Positions 30,152 through 39,165 of a stretch of 64,000 nt of DNA are shown in pieces. Every line of letters begins with the position of its first letter. Position 1 is the stretch's first letter. The DNA is from Patescibacteria group bacterium. Lineage in GTDB: Bacteria; Patescibacteriota; Microgenomatia; Levybacterales; UBA12049. The position numbers were made by a program, and so were the translations under genes. The DNA lies in contig JBBTTO010000002.1 of assembly GCA_038064195.1 (NCBI GenBank), forward strand, positions 466,387-530,386. The letters run 5' to 3'. The notes below the pieces were generated by a model. The model saw nothing but the letters and a program-made list of their open reading frames with translations, was not told the DNA's origin and did no database searches.

Positions 30152-31327
30152 ATGATTAGACTCATAAAATCCACCTATCACAACGAAGAGGAGACTACTA
30201 AAAAACTCATATCTTTTCTGGGACATACCAAGCAGCTAAGCTTTGGTCCTGAGTGCCATAAATTTGAGGATGAATTTGCAAAATGGCAGAAGCGTAAGCA
30301 CTGCGTTTTTCTCAATAGTGGAAGCTCTGCAAACCTTGCTATGATTCAGGCCCTTATCAACTTTGGCAAATTAAAGCCGGGTGATATGGTCGGATTCTCA
30401 GCACTTACCTGGTCTACAAATGTAATGCCGATTATCGAACTTGGTTTGAAAGCGGTACCGATTGATGTTGAGCTGGATACGTTGAATGTCTCAAGCAGAC
30501 AGTTATTGGCAACCCTCAAAAAATATCCGATCAAAATGCTTTTCCTGACAAACCTCTTGGGATTTTGCGATGATATAGATGAGATCAAGAAAATCTGTGA
30601 TAAGAAAAAAATTATTCTTCTTGAAGACAACTGTGAGTCATTAGGAACTGTCTATAAAGGGAAATTGTTGGGGAATTACGGACTCGCGAGCTCAGTCTCA
30701 TTTTATGTAGGGCATCATATGTCAACTGTTGAGGGTGGGGCAGTCTGTACTGACAGTGAGAAGTTGGCAACAATGCTGAGGATTGTCAGAGCGCATGGTT
30801 GGGACAGGAATTTATCAGAACAAAAACAAACTAAAATCAGAAATAAATATAAGATTAATTCTACTTTTTATTCACGTTACACATTTTATGATCTAGGGTA
30901 TAATCTTCGTCCGACTGAGATTAACGCTCATATTGGGAGGATTCAAATTCCGTTTTTGAAAGAAATTACCAAACAAAGAAATAAAAATTTCTTTGAAATG
31001 GCGGTACCAATTTATGCCCAAAAGGATAGATTTTATCCTATAAAATATGATCATATTGATTTTCTCTCAAATTTTGCAATACCGGTTCTCTGTAAGTCAC
31101 AAAAAATTCGGGATGAGTTAGTTGAAAAGTGCAATAATAAAATCGAAATCAGGCCAATTGTGGGCGGGGATATGACGAGACAGCCCTTCTTTAGTAAGTA
31201 TATGAAGGAGTTCTCTTATGAAAATCCGAATGCTAGACTTGTCCATGAGCAAGGTCTCTATTTCGGTAATAATCCTGAATTGACAGATAAAGAAAAAAAA
31301 TTAATTGTTCAGGTTTTTACTAAATAA
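30152..31327 (+). CDS. DegT/DnrJ/EryC1-family PLP enzyme with ColD/E1-type Lys-to-His substitution (sugar 3-dehydratase-like)
   Basis: Family motif SVSFYVGHHMSTVEGG. The position of the Schiff-base Lys in SFxxxKxxxxGEGG is His188, as in GDP-4-keto-6-deoxymannose 3-dehydratase ColD (His188) and CDP-hexulose 3-dehydrase E1. 391 aa, the size of ColD. Confidence 0.65.
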   Translation: MIRLIKSTYHNEEETTKKLISFLGHTKQLSFGPECHKFEDEFAKWQKRKHCVFLNSGSSANLAMIQALINFGKLKPGDMVGFSALTWSTNVMPIIELGLKAVPIDVELDTLNVSSRQLLATLKKYPIKMLFLTNLLGFCDDIDEIKKICDKKKIILLEDNCESLGTVYKGKLLGNYGLASSVSFYVGHHMSTVEGGAVCTDSEKLATMLRIVRAHGWDRNLSEQKQTKIRNKYKINSTFYSRYTFYDLGYNLRPTEINAHIGRIQIPFLKEITKQRNKNFFEMAVPIYAQKDRFYPIKYDHIDFLSNFAIPVLCKSQKIRDELVEKCNNKIEIRPIVGGDMTRQPFFSKYMKEFSYENPNARLVHEQGLYFGNNPELTDKEKKLIVQVFTK

Positions 31328-31339
31328 TCTCCCCCAACA

Positions 31340-32287
31340 TTGATGAAACTCAACAAGAAAAAGGATTGCCCTACTTGTGGGAATTCAAAGGCCATTTATC
31401 TGGATAAATTCTGGAGATGTCCAAGGTGTCTTTATCAATTTGCAGATCCTCAGGATGAATCCTTTACAAAGGCCTATTATCAGAAAGATATCGGTCTGTT
31501 GGTTCAGAATGTGCTGGAGGAAAAAGATAAAAAAGTTCATTTACGAAAGTACGCAACCTTAGCAATGAGAGATATTGCGCTGCTTAATAAAGGACTCCGA
31601 ATTTGTGACATTGGTTGCGGAACCGGTGTTTTTTTGCTGAAGTTGAAAGAGAATGGACATAAAGTATATGGGTATGACATAAATAAAGCACAAACCGAAT
31701 TCGCAAGAAAAATAAATAAATTACACCATATAAGAGATGCTCAAAGTCTTAAAGGATACTGCAGAAAAATGAAAATTAAAAAAGGATTCTTTGATGTCAT
31801 TACCTGTTTTGAGGTTATTGAGCATGTTCTTGACCTGAATGAATTTGTTGAAGAGATTTATACTTATCTCAAGCCGGGTGGAGTTCTCATAGTATCAACG
31901 CCCAATAATGAGCGTATACAGATGCATGAGAAGTGGGATTACCCCCCGATCCATGTTTCCCGGTTTAAAAAAAAGAATATGGAATTACTCCTTATGAAGC
32001 ATAGCCTGGTCATTCAGTCCTTTAGGACATTTAATGAACTTGGCTATTATTCGGGTAATCTTATAGCAAAAATGAAATTTTCACATCAGGCGCTCGAGCA
32101 TATGGTTAAAGCTTCAACTGATCCCTCATCAGCTCGAAAATCCTCAAGGAATGCTAAGTTCTTTATGCTTCTTTCGCAAGCAAAAAGAACAGCTTGCTTG
32201 TTTATTGATTTACCGCTTTATCTTTTCCTTAGTACACAAAGAGAAAAAGGTCACACAATGTTTGTTGTTGCTAAAAAGACAATATGA
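31340..32287 (+). CDS. Class I SAM-dependent methyltransferase with N-terminal CxxC..CxxC zinc ribbon
   Basis: CPTCGN...CPRC at the N-terminus. ICDIGCGTGV motif I. Confidence 0.7.
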   Translation: MMKLNKKKDCPTCGNSKAIYLDKFWRCPRCLYQFADPQDESFTKAYYQKDIGLLVQNVLEEKDKKVHLRKYATLAMRDIALLNKGLRICDIGCGTGVFLLKLKENGHKVYGYDINKAQTEFARKINKLHHIRDAQSLKGYCRKMKIKKGFFDVITCFEVIEHVLDLNEFVEEIYTYLKPGGVLIVSTPNNERIQMHEKWDYPPIHVSRFKKKNMELLLMKHSLVIQSFRTFNELGYYSGNLIAKMKFSHQALEHMVKASTDPSSARKSSRNAKFFMLLSQAKRTACLFIDLPLYLFLSTQREKGHTMFVVAKKTI

Positions 32288-33525
32288 GAATAGGGATGAT
32301 CTTCCATTCGTTGAATGTTCCCGGGGGAAGTGCCTCTGTTTTTCTCTCATTAGCTTTAGCATTGCAGGAGCAAGGTCATATAGTTCATGTCTTTTGTTAT
32401 TATTTTGATCCTGAGTACTGTTTCCCTGAACTTAACAAAAATCTGAAAATCCACTACATCAAAAAGATTGACTCAAAGTCCCACAGGATCAATACTAACA
32501 GTATTTGGATCCGTTTATTATTAGGATACGAATATTATTTCAACGCGAGGAAAGTTTATCGACTTCTAAAGCAACACAAATTCGATATTCTATACGCCGC
32601 GGAAGCAAGTGCCTATATTCCGGCTTTAATCTACAAAAAAAAGAAATCTGCGCGAGTCTATTGGAGTGTGTTTGATCCTATTTCATTAGTTGATAATAAA
32701 CGTCCGGGAATGATAACACATAAGTATCGTTGGTTTGCCACGCTTCTTAAGGTGCATAATCTTTTTGACGCGCGTAATATTAGAAAAATTGATAGGGTAA
32801 TAGTTCCGACAAAGAAAATGAAACAACAACTTGATTCGTTCTATGGAATTAAAGCGGCTATCCTGCCGACAGCGGGAGTTCGAGTTCAAGATAGTAAAAA
32901 GAAGTATACTTCTTTAATAGAGAGCAGATTACGGGATCGATTCAATTTTAGAAAAAAGGATGAAGTTATTCTCTTTTCTAATGGACATCTTTTACCTCAC
33001 AGACGATACGAAGATGTATTATATGCTTTACAGCCGTTAATAGATCAAGGCTATCGCTTTAAATATATCATCTCTGGGAGTAATAAATTTGACCCTAATT
33101 ACTTTGTCTACCTCCAGGCTCTGATAGAGAAGTTGCATTTAAATGACTATACAATTCTTGATACGGATTTTAAGTCAAATGATGAAATTCTGGGTTACTA
33201 TCAATATTGTGATCTTTTTCTTTTTGTTAGCGTAGAGCAAACATGGGGTTTAGCTCCCTTTGAAGCAATGCTCTGTAAAAAGCCGGTAATCATCTCAAAA
33301 GGAGTAGGCTGTTCAGAAGTCTTAACAGACAGAAAAGATGTGCTCATCGTTGATGAACGTTCTCCAAAGCAGATTACAAAGAGTATTGGACTTCTTATAA
33401 AGAATAAATCATTATACAAAACAATATCGGAGAACGGGTATAAACGAACGCTTGCCGATTTCACGTATCAGAACATCGCCGGAAAGCTCGTGGATATGAT
33501 GAAGGAATCAGCTGGTCAGGTCTGA
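32284..33525 (+). CDS. GT4 glycosyltransferase
   Basis: GT-B architecture. TWGLAPFEAMLCKKPVI matches the EX7E region. ATGA overlap with the upstream gene. Confidence 0.8.
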   Translation: MRIGMIFHSLNVPGGSASVFLSLALALQEQGHIVHVFCYYFDPEYCFPELNKNLKIHYIKKIDSKSHRINTNSIWIRLLLGYEYYFNARKVYRLLKQHKFDILYAAEASAYIPALIYKKKKSARVYWSVFDPISLVDNKRPGMITHKYRWFATLLKVHNLFDARNIRKIDRVIVPTKKMKQQLDSFYGIKAAILPTAGVRVQDSKKKYTSLIESRLRDRFNFRKKDEVILFSNGHLLPHRRYEDVLYALQPLIDQGYRFKYIISGSNKFDPNYFVYLQALIEKLHLNDYTILDTDFKSNDEILGYYQYCDLFLFVSVEQTWGLAPFEAMLCKKPVIISKGVGCSEVLTDRKDVLIVDERSPKQITKSIGLLIKNKSLYKTISENGYKRTLADFTYQNIAGKLVDMMKESAGQV

Positions 33526-34709
33526 GAGAATACGGAGAGCATCTCTTCTGCATATTTATCCCATGATATAGTCTTTTTTACAAAATCCTGGCCGGCCGTG
33601 GCAATTTTTTTCCTAAGAGGATAGCTGTTAAAAAGAATTTCAATTTTTGTAGCAATCTGTGTCGGAGATTCCGGATCGACAAGCATAGCAGTTTGGTTAT
33701 CCTTTAATACTTCATGCGCCCCTGCCCCTCTACTGACAATAGCAACACAGCCAGACAACATCGCCTCAAAGACTGCAAGCCCCCATGTTTGTGGATTATT
33801 GGGGAAGACAAAAATATCAGATGTCTTATATTGTTTTTTTAATTCCTCTTCTGTGACTCTGCCTAAAAATTTTACATAAGATTCGAGATTGTATTTTTTG
33901 ACGAGTGACTCAACTAACAGATAGTACTGAAGGTCTGTCCTGGTTTCTCCGATAATTGATAGTGTAATATTTCCCAGCTTCTTTTTATTTACTAAGATAT
34001 TCATCGCTTTCACGAGATCTTCAAATCTTCGATGGGGGAAAAATATTCCTGTTGCCAGAACTGAAAGATTCTTCTTGGGTTTATAAATTCTTTTTGAGTA
34101 AAAGTCCTCCTGCTTTAATCCACTCCTTACAACAACTGCATCAGAGTGGAGGTATCTTTTAATAATCGATTTATTGATATTATCAAGAACAATAATTTTA
34201 TTTATTTTATTTCGGTACTTTATCCTGTATTCAAGATGAGACCACCGACGATACCATGTCTCGGGGAGACTTTCCCCTTTTACAAAGAGGTCATTCATCA
34301 TCCAGAAGTTCTTGGAAGGATCAAAATAGGCTGCGAGTTTGTACACTTCGGTTTCATGATAATTAAAAAAGTCATAGTGATTTCTTGCATCTACTTGCTT
34401 AATCAAATCACGAAGCTGTAGGAGATTGTGTCTTTTGTTAATAAAATGAGGAATAATATTGAATGTCTTTTGCAGCAGATTATATTTGGCTAAGTGGTGA
34501 GTCTGTTTTTTGCTGGACTCGTTTACTGAGTATACCTTGAGCTGTTTGAGAAGGTGAGGAAAACACTTCTCACGATCTAGATCTATGCAAAATATATCAA
34601 CGTGGTGTCCTTTGCGTTTGAGCGACAAAGCCAGTTCAAGAATTTGTCTGGCGCCGCCGCCGCTAATCTGTAGACCCCAGATAATCAAGGCTACTTTTTT
34701 CTTCTTCAT
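33516..34709 (-). CDS. GT4 glycosyltransferase, the only large minus-strand gene within the island
   Basis: TWGLAVFEAMLSGCVAIV EX7E region. The N-terminal glycine-rich ISGGGARQI is typical of GT4. I chose the start at MKKKKVALI (34709); an upstream in-frame ATG at 34805 is also possible. The 3' end overlaps that of 32284..33525 by 10 nt. Confidence 0.7.
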   Translation of the reverse strand: MKKKKVALIIWGLQISGGGARQILELALSLKRKGHHVDIFCIDLDREKCFPHLLKQLKVYSVNESSKKQTHHLAKYNLLQKTFNIIPHFINKRHNLLQLRDLIKQVDARNHYDFFNYHETEVYKLAAYFDPSKNFWMMNDLFVKGESLPETWYRRWSHLEYRIKYRNKINKIIVLDNINKSIIKRYLHSDAVVVRSGLKQEDFYSKRIYKPKKNLSVLATGIFFPHRRFEDLVKAMNILVNKKKLGNITLSIIGETRTDLQYYLLVESLVKKYNLESYVKFLGRVTEEELKKQYKTSDIFVFPNNPQTWGLAVFEAMLSGCVAIVSRGAGAHEVLKDNQTAMLVDPESPTQIATKIEILFNSYPLRKKIATAGQDFVKKTISWDKYAEEMLSVFSQT

Positions 34710-34799
34710 CAATACTGTATAGTATATGATATAGCCTGCTTTAATAATAGAGAGAAGTTGTAGCATTCTCTTCTTATCATATTTATGGTATAGGTATGT

Positions 34800-37067
34800 A
34801 TGCATTTGAAATATTTCTTATTAATTCTTCCCTTTGCAGTAATTGCATTTTTTAATAGAAGTCTTCTTTTTAGTACTTCTAACCCATCTTGGGGAGATAT
34901 GGTAGCCATCCCACCCCAACCCCTCCCCTTTGGAGAGTCACTGTTCCATGTCTGGAGGGATGTTTTTACAGGAGGATTTGGCCCGACGAATATTCCTCAC
35001 CTTATTTTGTCTCAGTTCTCACCGATTATTCCTCATGCAATTTTACAAGGCGTATATTTATTCTTTTTATTTTTTCTCCTCTTTATAAGTTTTATTGATA
35101 TCCTCAAACAACTATCGCTTAAGAAATCTTATATGGATTTTATGGTACTTCTTGAGGCAAATTTTTTGGTGCTTATTATCTATTTTTCTAATACATTTTT
35201 AGTTAACTTTATTCAGGGTAATCCGGATGTCTATTATGGCTATTTACTCGGCATTCCGTCGATTTTATATCTTTATTTATCTATACATAAGAATGATCTT
35301 GTGTCCGGACTGAAGATGGTGCTTCTTATAACGATAGCTACTTGGTTTGGCTCTTTCTCTATTTTTTATCTTGCAGCTCTACTTCTTCCCTTTTTTATTT
35401 TATTCGTCCTTCTCTATTGGAAAAATCTAAGCTTTAAATTTTTATTACTTCTTCTTGTGTTGCTTTTAGGTAGTAATGCTTCCTTATTATTTGCGACGAT
35501 CAAGCCAATTCTCGATGCTGTCAGTTTTATTAGTGCAGCTACCGGGAAGGAAATTATCGACACTTCTTTTTCCCTTTATAAAGGGATGAATCCTTTACAA
35601 CTTCTTTATTTCGCGGGTAATTTTGGTGATGTCACATGGCTTCTTTTTAACATCCCCGGAGGATACCTTTTTATGACATCCCCACTTTATCCTCTTAGCT
35701 CAGTACAAATTGTAATTGTCCTTTTCCTTCTCATTAAAGGATTGTCAATAACAACCGAGTTTACTCAAAGACGATTAATCCTGGGGATCCTTGCAATTTA
35801 TTTGATGTTTTTCTCACTACTTTTGGTATGGGATACGTCGATTTTTGCATCTATAGCCAAGCATATTCCCATGATCGCTCTTTATAGAAATCCAAAGAAG
35901 ATTGTCTTATCTCTTTATGTCGCCTACATTGTTACAGTTTTATTTATTAAACCCCTCGTCAAACCTCATTTTTTTAGATATTCGTTACTGGGAATTCTGT
36001 TATTGACGGCAATCCCTACTATCAGCTTTATAAATGACGGATATAACGGATTGAAGAACGCGCATATTGTCTCGTCTGCTTTTTATCATAAAGATGAAGC
36101 AAAAAGCACACAAAATTTCAATCGATTTATTAATTTTCCGGATAGATTCATTGAGCTCAAAAAATACTTCAAGACGCAAGATAGCGCAGCTAACGGCGAT
36201 GGGAATTATCGTGTAGTAATACTGCCAGATAATAGTCAGACTTTGTACCAAGGTCAGCTTTTTTATCTGCTTAATCCTTTTTATATCAACATAAATGCAG
36301 CAGTTTTTGGACAGTTGAAAGATACAGTGACTATCATGAGTGTCTTGTATACCAGTCTTATTGACGGCAATTCATCAGTATCAGCTCAATTACTGCAAAT
36401 CGCTAATGTTAAGTATGTGATTGTCGATAGACAGAGTCGATATGATCTGTATACAAGTGACAAAAAACCACAGATAAGAAGCTACTACGGTACATTTACA
36501 TCAGGCCAGCCTGAAGAATTTAAAAAAATACTAGATAAGCAGAAATTTTTAAAATTGATAAATACGAATAGAGATTTCTACGTTTATAAAAATATTAATT
36601 ATACGAACACACTCGTCTATGTGCCCCAACATGTCTGTGAGATGAAGAAGTTTGGGGTATCCAATAGCGATTGTGACTTTTATGAGTCTTCAGCGACACC
36701 TCTTCCTCAAACAAGTAAAAGTTTTGTCTCTCGTCTGGTTAGAACTAGTCCGACAGATTACAGTTTTGTTTTGCATGCTGAGGCCGCCGGCAAGACGGTA
36801 GTCTTCTTTAATCAGACGTTTGATAGATTCTGGTCGCTTAGTGGGGACAAGGATAGTATTGTCAAGGTCTCTGAACACAGGATAGGTAATTTCTATGGTA
36901 ATACCTGGACTGTAGACATGCCTGAGGGTGGAGATTATTCTTTTAAAATCTCCTACAGACTCGAGCCACCCTATGTTCTGTTAGTATTTGTTTCGATACT
37001 CAGTATACTTGGGACAATGAGTCTAATGATATTCTTATCATTGAAAAGAAAAAGACAGAACACCTAA
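34800..37067 (+). CDS. Large polytopic membrane protein with C-terminal extracytoplasmic domain and terminal TM anchor (uncharacterised; polymerase or GT-C candidate)
   Basis: 755 aa. About 12 N-terminal helices, a roughly 330-aa hydrophilic domain, and a final helix LLVFVSILSILGTMSLMIFL. No recognisable soluble enzyme motifs. Confidence 0.45.
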   Translation: MHLKYFLLILPFAVIAFFNRSLLFSTSNPSWGDMVAIPPQPLPFGESLFHVWRDVFTGGFGPTNIPHLILSQFSPIIPHAILQGVYLFFLFFLLFISFIDILKQLSLKKSYMDFMVLLEANFLVLIIYFSNTFLVNFIQGNPDVYYGYLLGIPSILYLYLSIHKNDLVSGLKMVLLITIATWFGSFSIFYLAALLLPFFILFVLLYWKNLSFKFLLLLLVLLLGSNASLLFATIKPILDAVSFISAATGKEIIDTSFSLYKGMNPLQLLYFAGNFGDVTWLLFNIPGGYLFMTSPLYPLSSVQIVIVLFLLIKGLSITTEFTQRRLILGILAIYLMFFSLLLVWDTSIFASIAKHIPMIALYRNPKKIVLSLYVAYIVTVLFIKPLVKPHFFRYSLLGILLLTAIPTISFINDGYNGLKNAHIVSSAFYHKDEAKSTQNFNRFINFPDRFIELKKYFKTQDSAANGDGNYRVVILPDNSQTLYQGQLFYLLNPFYININAAVFGQLKDTVTIMSVLYTSLIDGNSSVSAQLLQIANVKYVIVDRQSRYDLYTSDKKPQIRSYYGTFTSGQPEEFKKILDKQKFLKLINTNRDFYVYKNINYTNTLVYVPQHVCEMKKFGVSNSDCDFYESSATPLPQTSKSFVSRLVRTSPTDYSFVLHAEAAGKTVVFFNQTFDRFWSLSGDKDSIVKVSEHRIGNFYGNTWTVDMPEGGDYSFKISYRLEPPYVLLVFVSILSILGTMSLMIFLSLKRKRQNT

Positions 37068-37070
37068 TTT

Positions 37071-38039
37071 ATGGCTAAGTCAAACATACTCGTAACTGGA
37101 TCTGCTGGATTTATTGGCTTTCATATAGCAAAGCGGTTGTTAGAACGTGGTGAAAACGTTATAGGGATAGATAACCTGAATGATTATTATGCTGTTTCTT
37201 TAAAAAAAGACAGAAATAGACTACTTACAACACACAAGAGTTACTCGTTTTATGAGGAAGACATTACCAGCAAAGAGAGACTTGAAGGGATCTTTAAGTC
37301 ACATAGAATTGACAAAATATGTCACTTAGCCGCTCAAGCAGGGGTCAGATATTCTCTGCAAAATCCCTCTCTTTATGTTGATACCAATATTTTGGGTTTT
37401 GTAAATATTCTCGAGTCTGCTCGTAAGTTCGGCGTACGTGATGTTGTATATGCATCGAGTTCTTCGGTCTATGGGGATAATCCAATGCCCCAAAATGGTT
37501 TTTCAGAAAAAGATGCTGTTAATCAGCAGATATCAGTTTACGGAATGACGAAGAGAGCCAATGAGCTTACCGCGTATACGTATCATCATCTGTATAAAAT
37601 GAATCTGACAGCTCTTAGGTTTTTTACAGCCTACGGTCCCTGGGGAAGGCCTGATATGGCCTATTTCAGTTTTACTCAGGCAATAGTGGAAGGAAAGCCT
37701 ATTAAGGTATTTAACAACGGAAAAATGAAAAGAGATTTTACCTATATTGACGACGTTGTTGGTGGCGTTCTTAGAGCATTGGAGAAGCCTTATCCGTATG
37801 AAATATTTAATATCGGTAATTCTCAAACAGTTGATTTAAATCATTTTATCGGCAGTATTGAGAGAGAATTGGGTAAAAAAGCAATTATTGAATATAACGA
37901 TTTACAGCCGGGAGATGTTATAGAAACATTTGCTGATATTACTCACGCTAAAGAAGTTCTCGATTTTCACCCCCAAACGTCAATAGATGAAGGCATAAGG
38001 AAGTTTGTTGAATGGTATAAATCATATTATGAAAAATAG
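37071..38039 (+). CDS. UDP-glucuronate 4-epimerase-like NAD-dependent epimerase/dehydratase (SDR)
   Basis: VTGSAGFIGFH Rossmann motif, HLAAQAGVRYS, YASSSSVYG, YGMTKRANE (YxxxK) and FFTAYGPWGRPDMA. Collinear with the Cap1J/WbnF-type UDP-GlcA 4-epimerase signature. Confidence 0.75.
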   Translation: MAKSNILVTGSAGFIGFHIAKRLLERGENVIGIDNLNDYYAVSLKKDRNRLLTTHKSYSFYEEDITSKERLEGIFKSHRIDKICHLAAQAGVRYSLQNPSLYVDTNILGFVNILESARKFGVRDVVYASSSSVYGDNPMPQNGFSEKDAVNQQISVYGMTKRANELTAYTYHHLYKMNLTALRFFTAYGPWGRPDMAYFSFTQAIVEGKPIKVFNNGKMKRDFTYIDDVVGGVLRALEKPYPYEIFNIGNSQTVDLNHFIGSIERELGKKAIIEYNDLQPGDVIETFADITHAKEVLDFHPQTSIDEGIRKFVEWYKSYYEK

Positions 38040-39165
38040 TTTTAATGAGTTAATGGCGAAAGCATGGTTTCGCTGGTTCTTTATTCCACTTCTTTTATTT
38101 ATTTCATCATTCTTTTTTCTGATGATTTTTGCTTATAGTTCAAAATCGTTTATTCTACTACAAAATGAGGATAAGGACGTATTTACCACTTTGTTCCCGG
38201 GTGAAATACTGGCTGGAGAAAAAGTGTCTGGAGAATTTACCGCCATGAGCGATTTTATCGGAATTGTATCTGTGAGGTTTAATACCTATGCGAGGATTAA
38301 TAATGATATTCTAACTTTCAGGATAAAAGAAAAAGGTGATAAAAAATGGTACTATGAGAATATCTATAAAGTTGATCAATTCCAGCCTAATCAACTTTTT
38401 CCTTTCGGTTTTCCTCCCATACAAAACTCAAAAAATAAAGTATTTCAAATTGAGATTGAATCAGCAAAAGGCAAATATCATGATGCTGTAGCAATAAATA
38501 CGAAAAATCCGGTCATAGTTATGAGCTACCAGCTGCCTGTCAGTAGATTTTTGTCGAAAGATGGAGCAATCGCATTATTAACCTACAAACAGAAAATAAT
38601 AACGTTCATATTTGATGCGATAGCGTCAAGAGTTCAGAATTTTATTATACTTTTTCTTCCACCTATTCTTTATTTGACTTTGATGGCATGGAGAACTAGC
38701 AAGTTTTTGGAAACGTTTGCAAATATCGTAGGCTCTGTCCTTCTGGGATATATATTTTTGATTGGCCGGCTTCTTCCGGATAATCAGCAGAACAGTGTTG
38801 TTTTTATCATAGTTCTGCTTTTTTTAATAGCAATTATTGTTCGTAAATATAAAATGAGTTATGTTATTTATTTTGTTGTCTCAATATTTTTTATACTTCT
38901 TATGTCAGGAATTCTGATTACTTTGCATAGACCGGATATCGCGGACAGGTCTGCGTTGTTTGCGTATCTTTTTCTTCTGATCGGTACGTTCCTTGGAATA
39001 ATTGAGCGTAAAAAGAAAGTGAAGAAAGGAAGCTTAGCGCTATTTTTTAACGATTTATGGATAGTTAAATTATTCTTTTTTGTATCAAACTACGTATTCT
39101 TGAGATCTCTAATGTATAGAAGAATTTATACTAAATTTCAATATGAAATTAACAAAATTAGTTAA
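38029..39165 (+). CDS. Hypothetical membrane protein
   Basis: N-terminal helix, a roughly 180-aa hydrophilic region, then several helices. Start placed at the ATG; the ORF-track TTG at 38005 lies inside the upstream gene. Confidence 0.4.
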   Translation: MKNSFNELMAKAWFRWFFIPLLLFISSFFFLMIFAYSSKSFILLQNEDKDVFTTLFPGEILAGEKVSGEFTAMSDFIGIVSVRFNTYARINNDILTFRIKEKGDKKWYYENIYKVDQFQPNQLFPFGFPPIQNSKNKVFQIEIESAKGKYHDAVAINTKNPVIVMSYQLPVSRFLSKDGAIALLTYKQKIITFIFDAIASRVQNFIILFLPPILYLTLMAWRTSKFLETFANIVGSVLLGYIFLIGRLLPDNQQNSVVFIIVLLFLIAIIVRKYKMSYVIYFVVSIFFILLMSGILITLHRPDIADRSALFAYLFLLIGTFLGIIERKKKVKKGSLALFFNDLWIVKLFFFVSNYVFLRSLMYRRIYTKFQYEINKIS

